Positions 19,900-20,266 of a stretch of DNA of 20,266 bases are shown here, piece after piece (the first letter of the stretch is position 1; each line of letters starts with the position of its first letter). Source of the stretch: Ginkgo biloba. Taxonomy: Eukaryota > Plantae > Ginkgophyta. Under the pieces are notes generated by a model, which was given only the letters and a program-made list of their open reading frames with translations, did not search any database and had not been told where the DNA came from. Position numbers and translations under genes: made by a program. The DNA is taken from the NCBI GenBank assembly GCA_024626585.2, contig JANKJI020000004.1, positions 179,996,639-180,016,904 of the forward strand. The letters are read 5' to 3'.

Positions 19900-20266
19900 C
19901 CGTGAAGATGCAATCAAATGCCTTCAAGCCACTATGTTGCCAACTCGATTGCCACATCATCCCTATTGCCATATGGCAATTAGCCACATCATCTAGCTTC
20001 GACCAAGAGGATGAAATGAATGTTTTTTGTAACTAATCGATAGTTCCATCGAAGAAAGTGAAGACAAGCAATTTCTTTAACTAGCTTGACAGTTACAACT
20101 AGGAGAACTATAAAAACTCTCAAGCACTTTGGAGTAGGGGTTCAATAGTTCATTCCTTCAGCAATTGATTCTCTTGGAGTTCTTTGAGCTCTATTATTAT
20201 TCCCTTTTCTTCTCCAAGTGTTAAGCTTGTGATTCTATCAACAAGTTGCAAGATGATGCTCATGTG
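19900..20266 (+). promoter_or_regulatory. LTR-like promoter segment (U3/TATA/R-like)
   Basis: Paired GCCACATCATC boxes at 19951 and 19983, CTATAAAA at 20108-20115, then CT-rich sequence. The termini are not visible. Confidence 0.4.

Overview
This is AT-rich eukaryotic (land-plant) DNA from a fragmented draft assembly, with 16 N-gaps, 8 of them exactly 100 N. It is not prokaryotic: there is no CRISPR array, operon or intact gene. Almost the whole window is nested, decayed retroelement debris. It holds three related Ty1/copia LTRs (two with a tRNA-iMet PBS, one with a PPT) plus copia gag and RNase H remnants, several Ty3/gypsy fragments (RT-RNase H, gag, integrase tail/PPT/LTR starts) and an L1 LINE zf-RVT fragment. 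One clean 78-bp host exon (minus strand, 10226-10303) resembles the Arabidopsis At4g19160-type transglutaminase-like (Transglut_core2) protein, so the window probably lies inside giant TE-filled introns. The most unusual items are: (1) a ~363-codon decayed coiled-coil ORF with a bipartite NLS and a frame-restoring 60-nt intron, upstream of (2) a ~450-codon Asn/Gly-rich, prion-like ORF; (3) a copia LTR-PBS followed 44 nt later by an inverted PBS where a PPT might be expected; and (4) two tandem arrays of hairpins. All protein-family calls come from motif recognition by eye, not from searches. Adjacency across N-gaps is uncertain.
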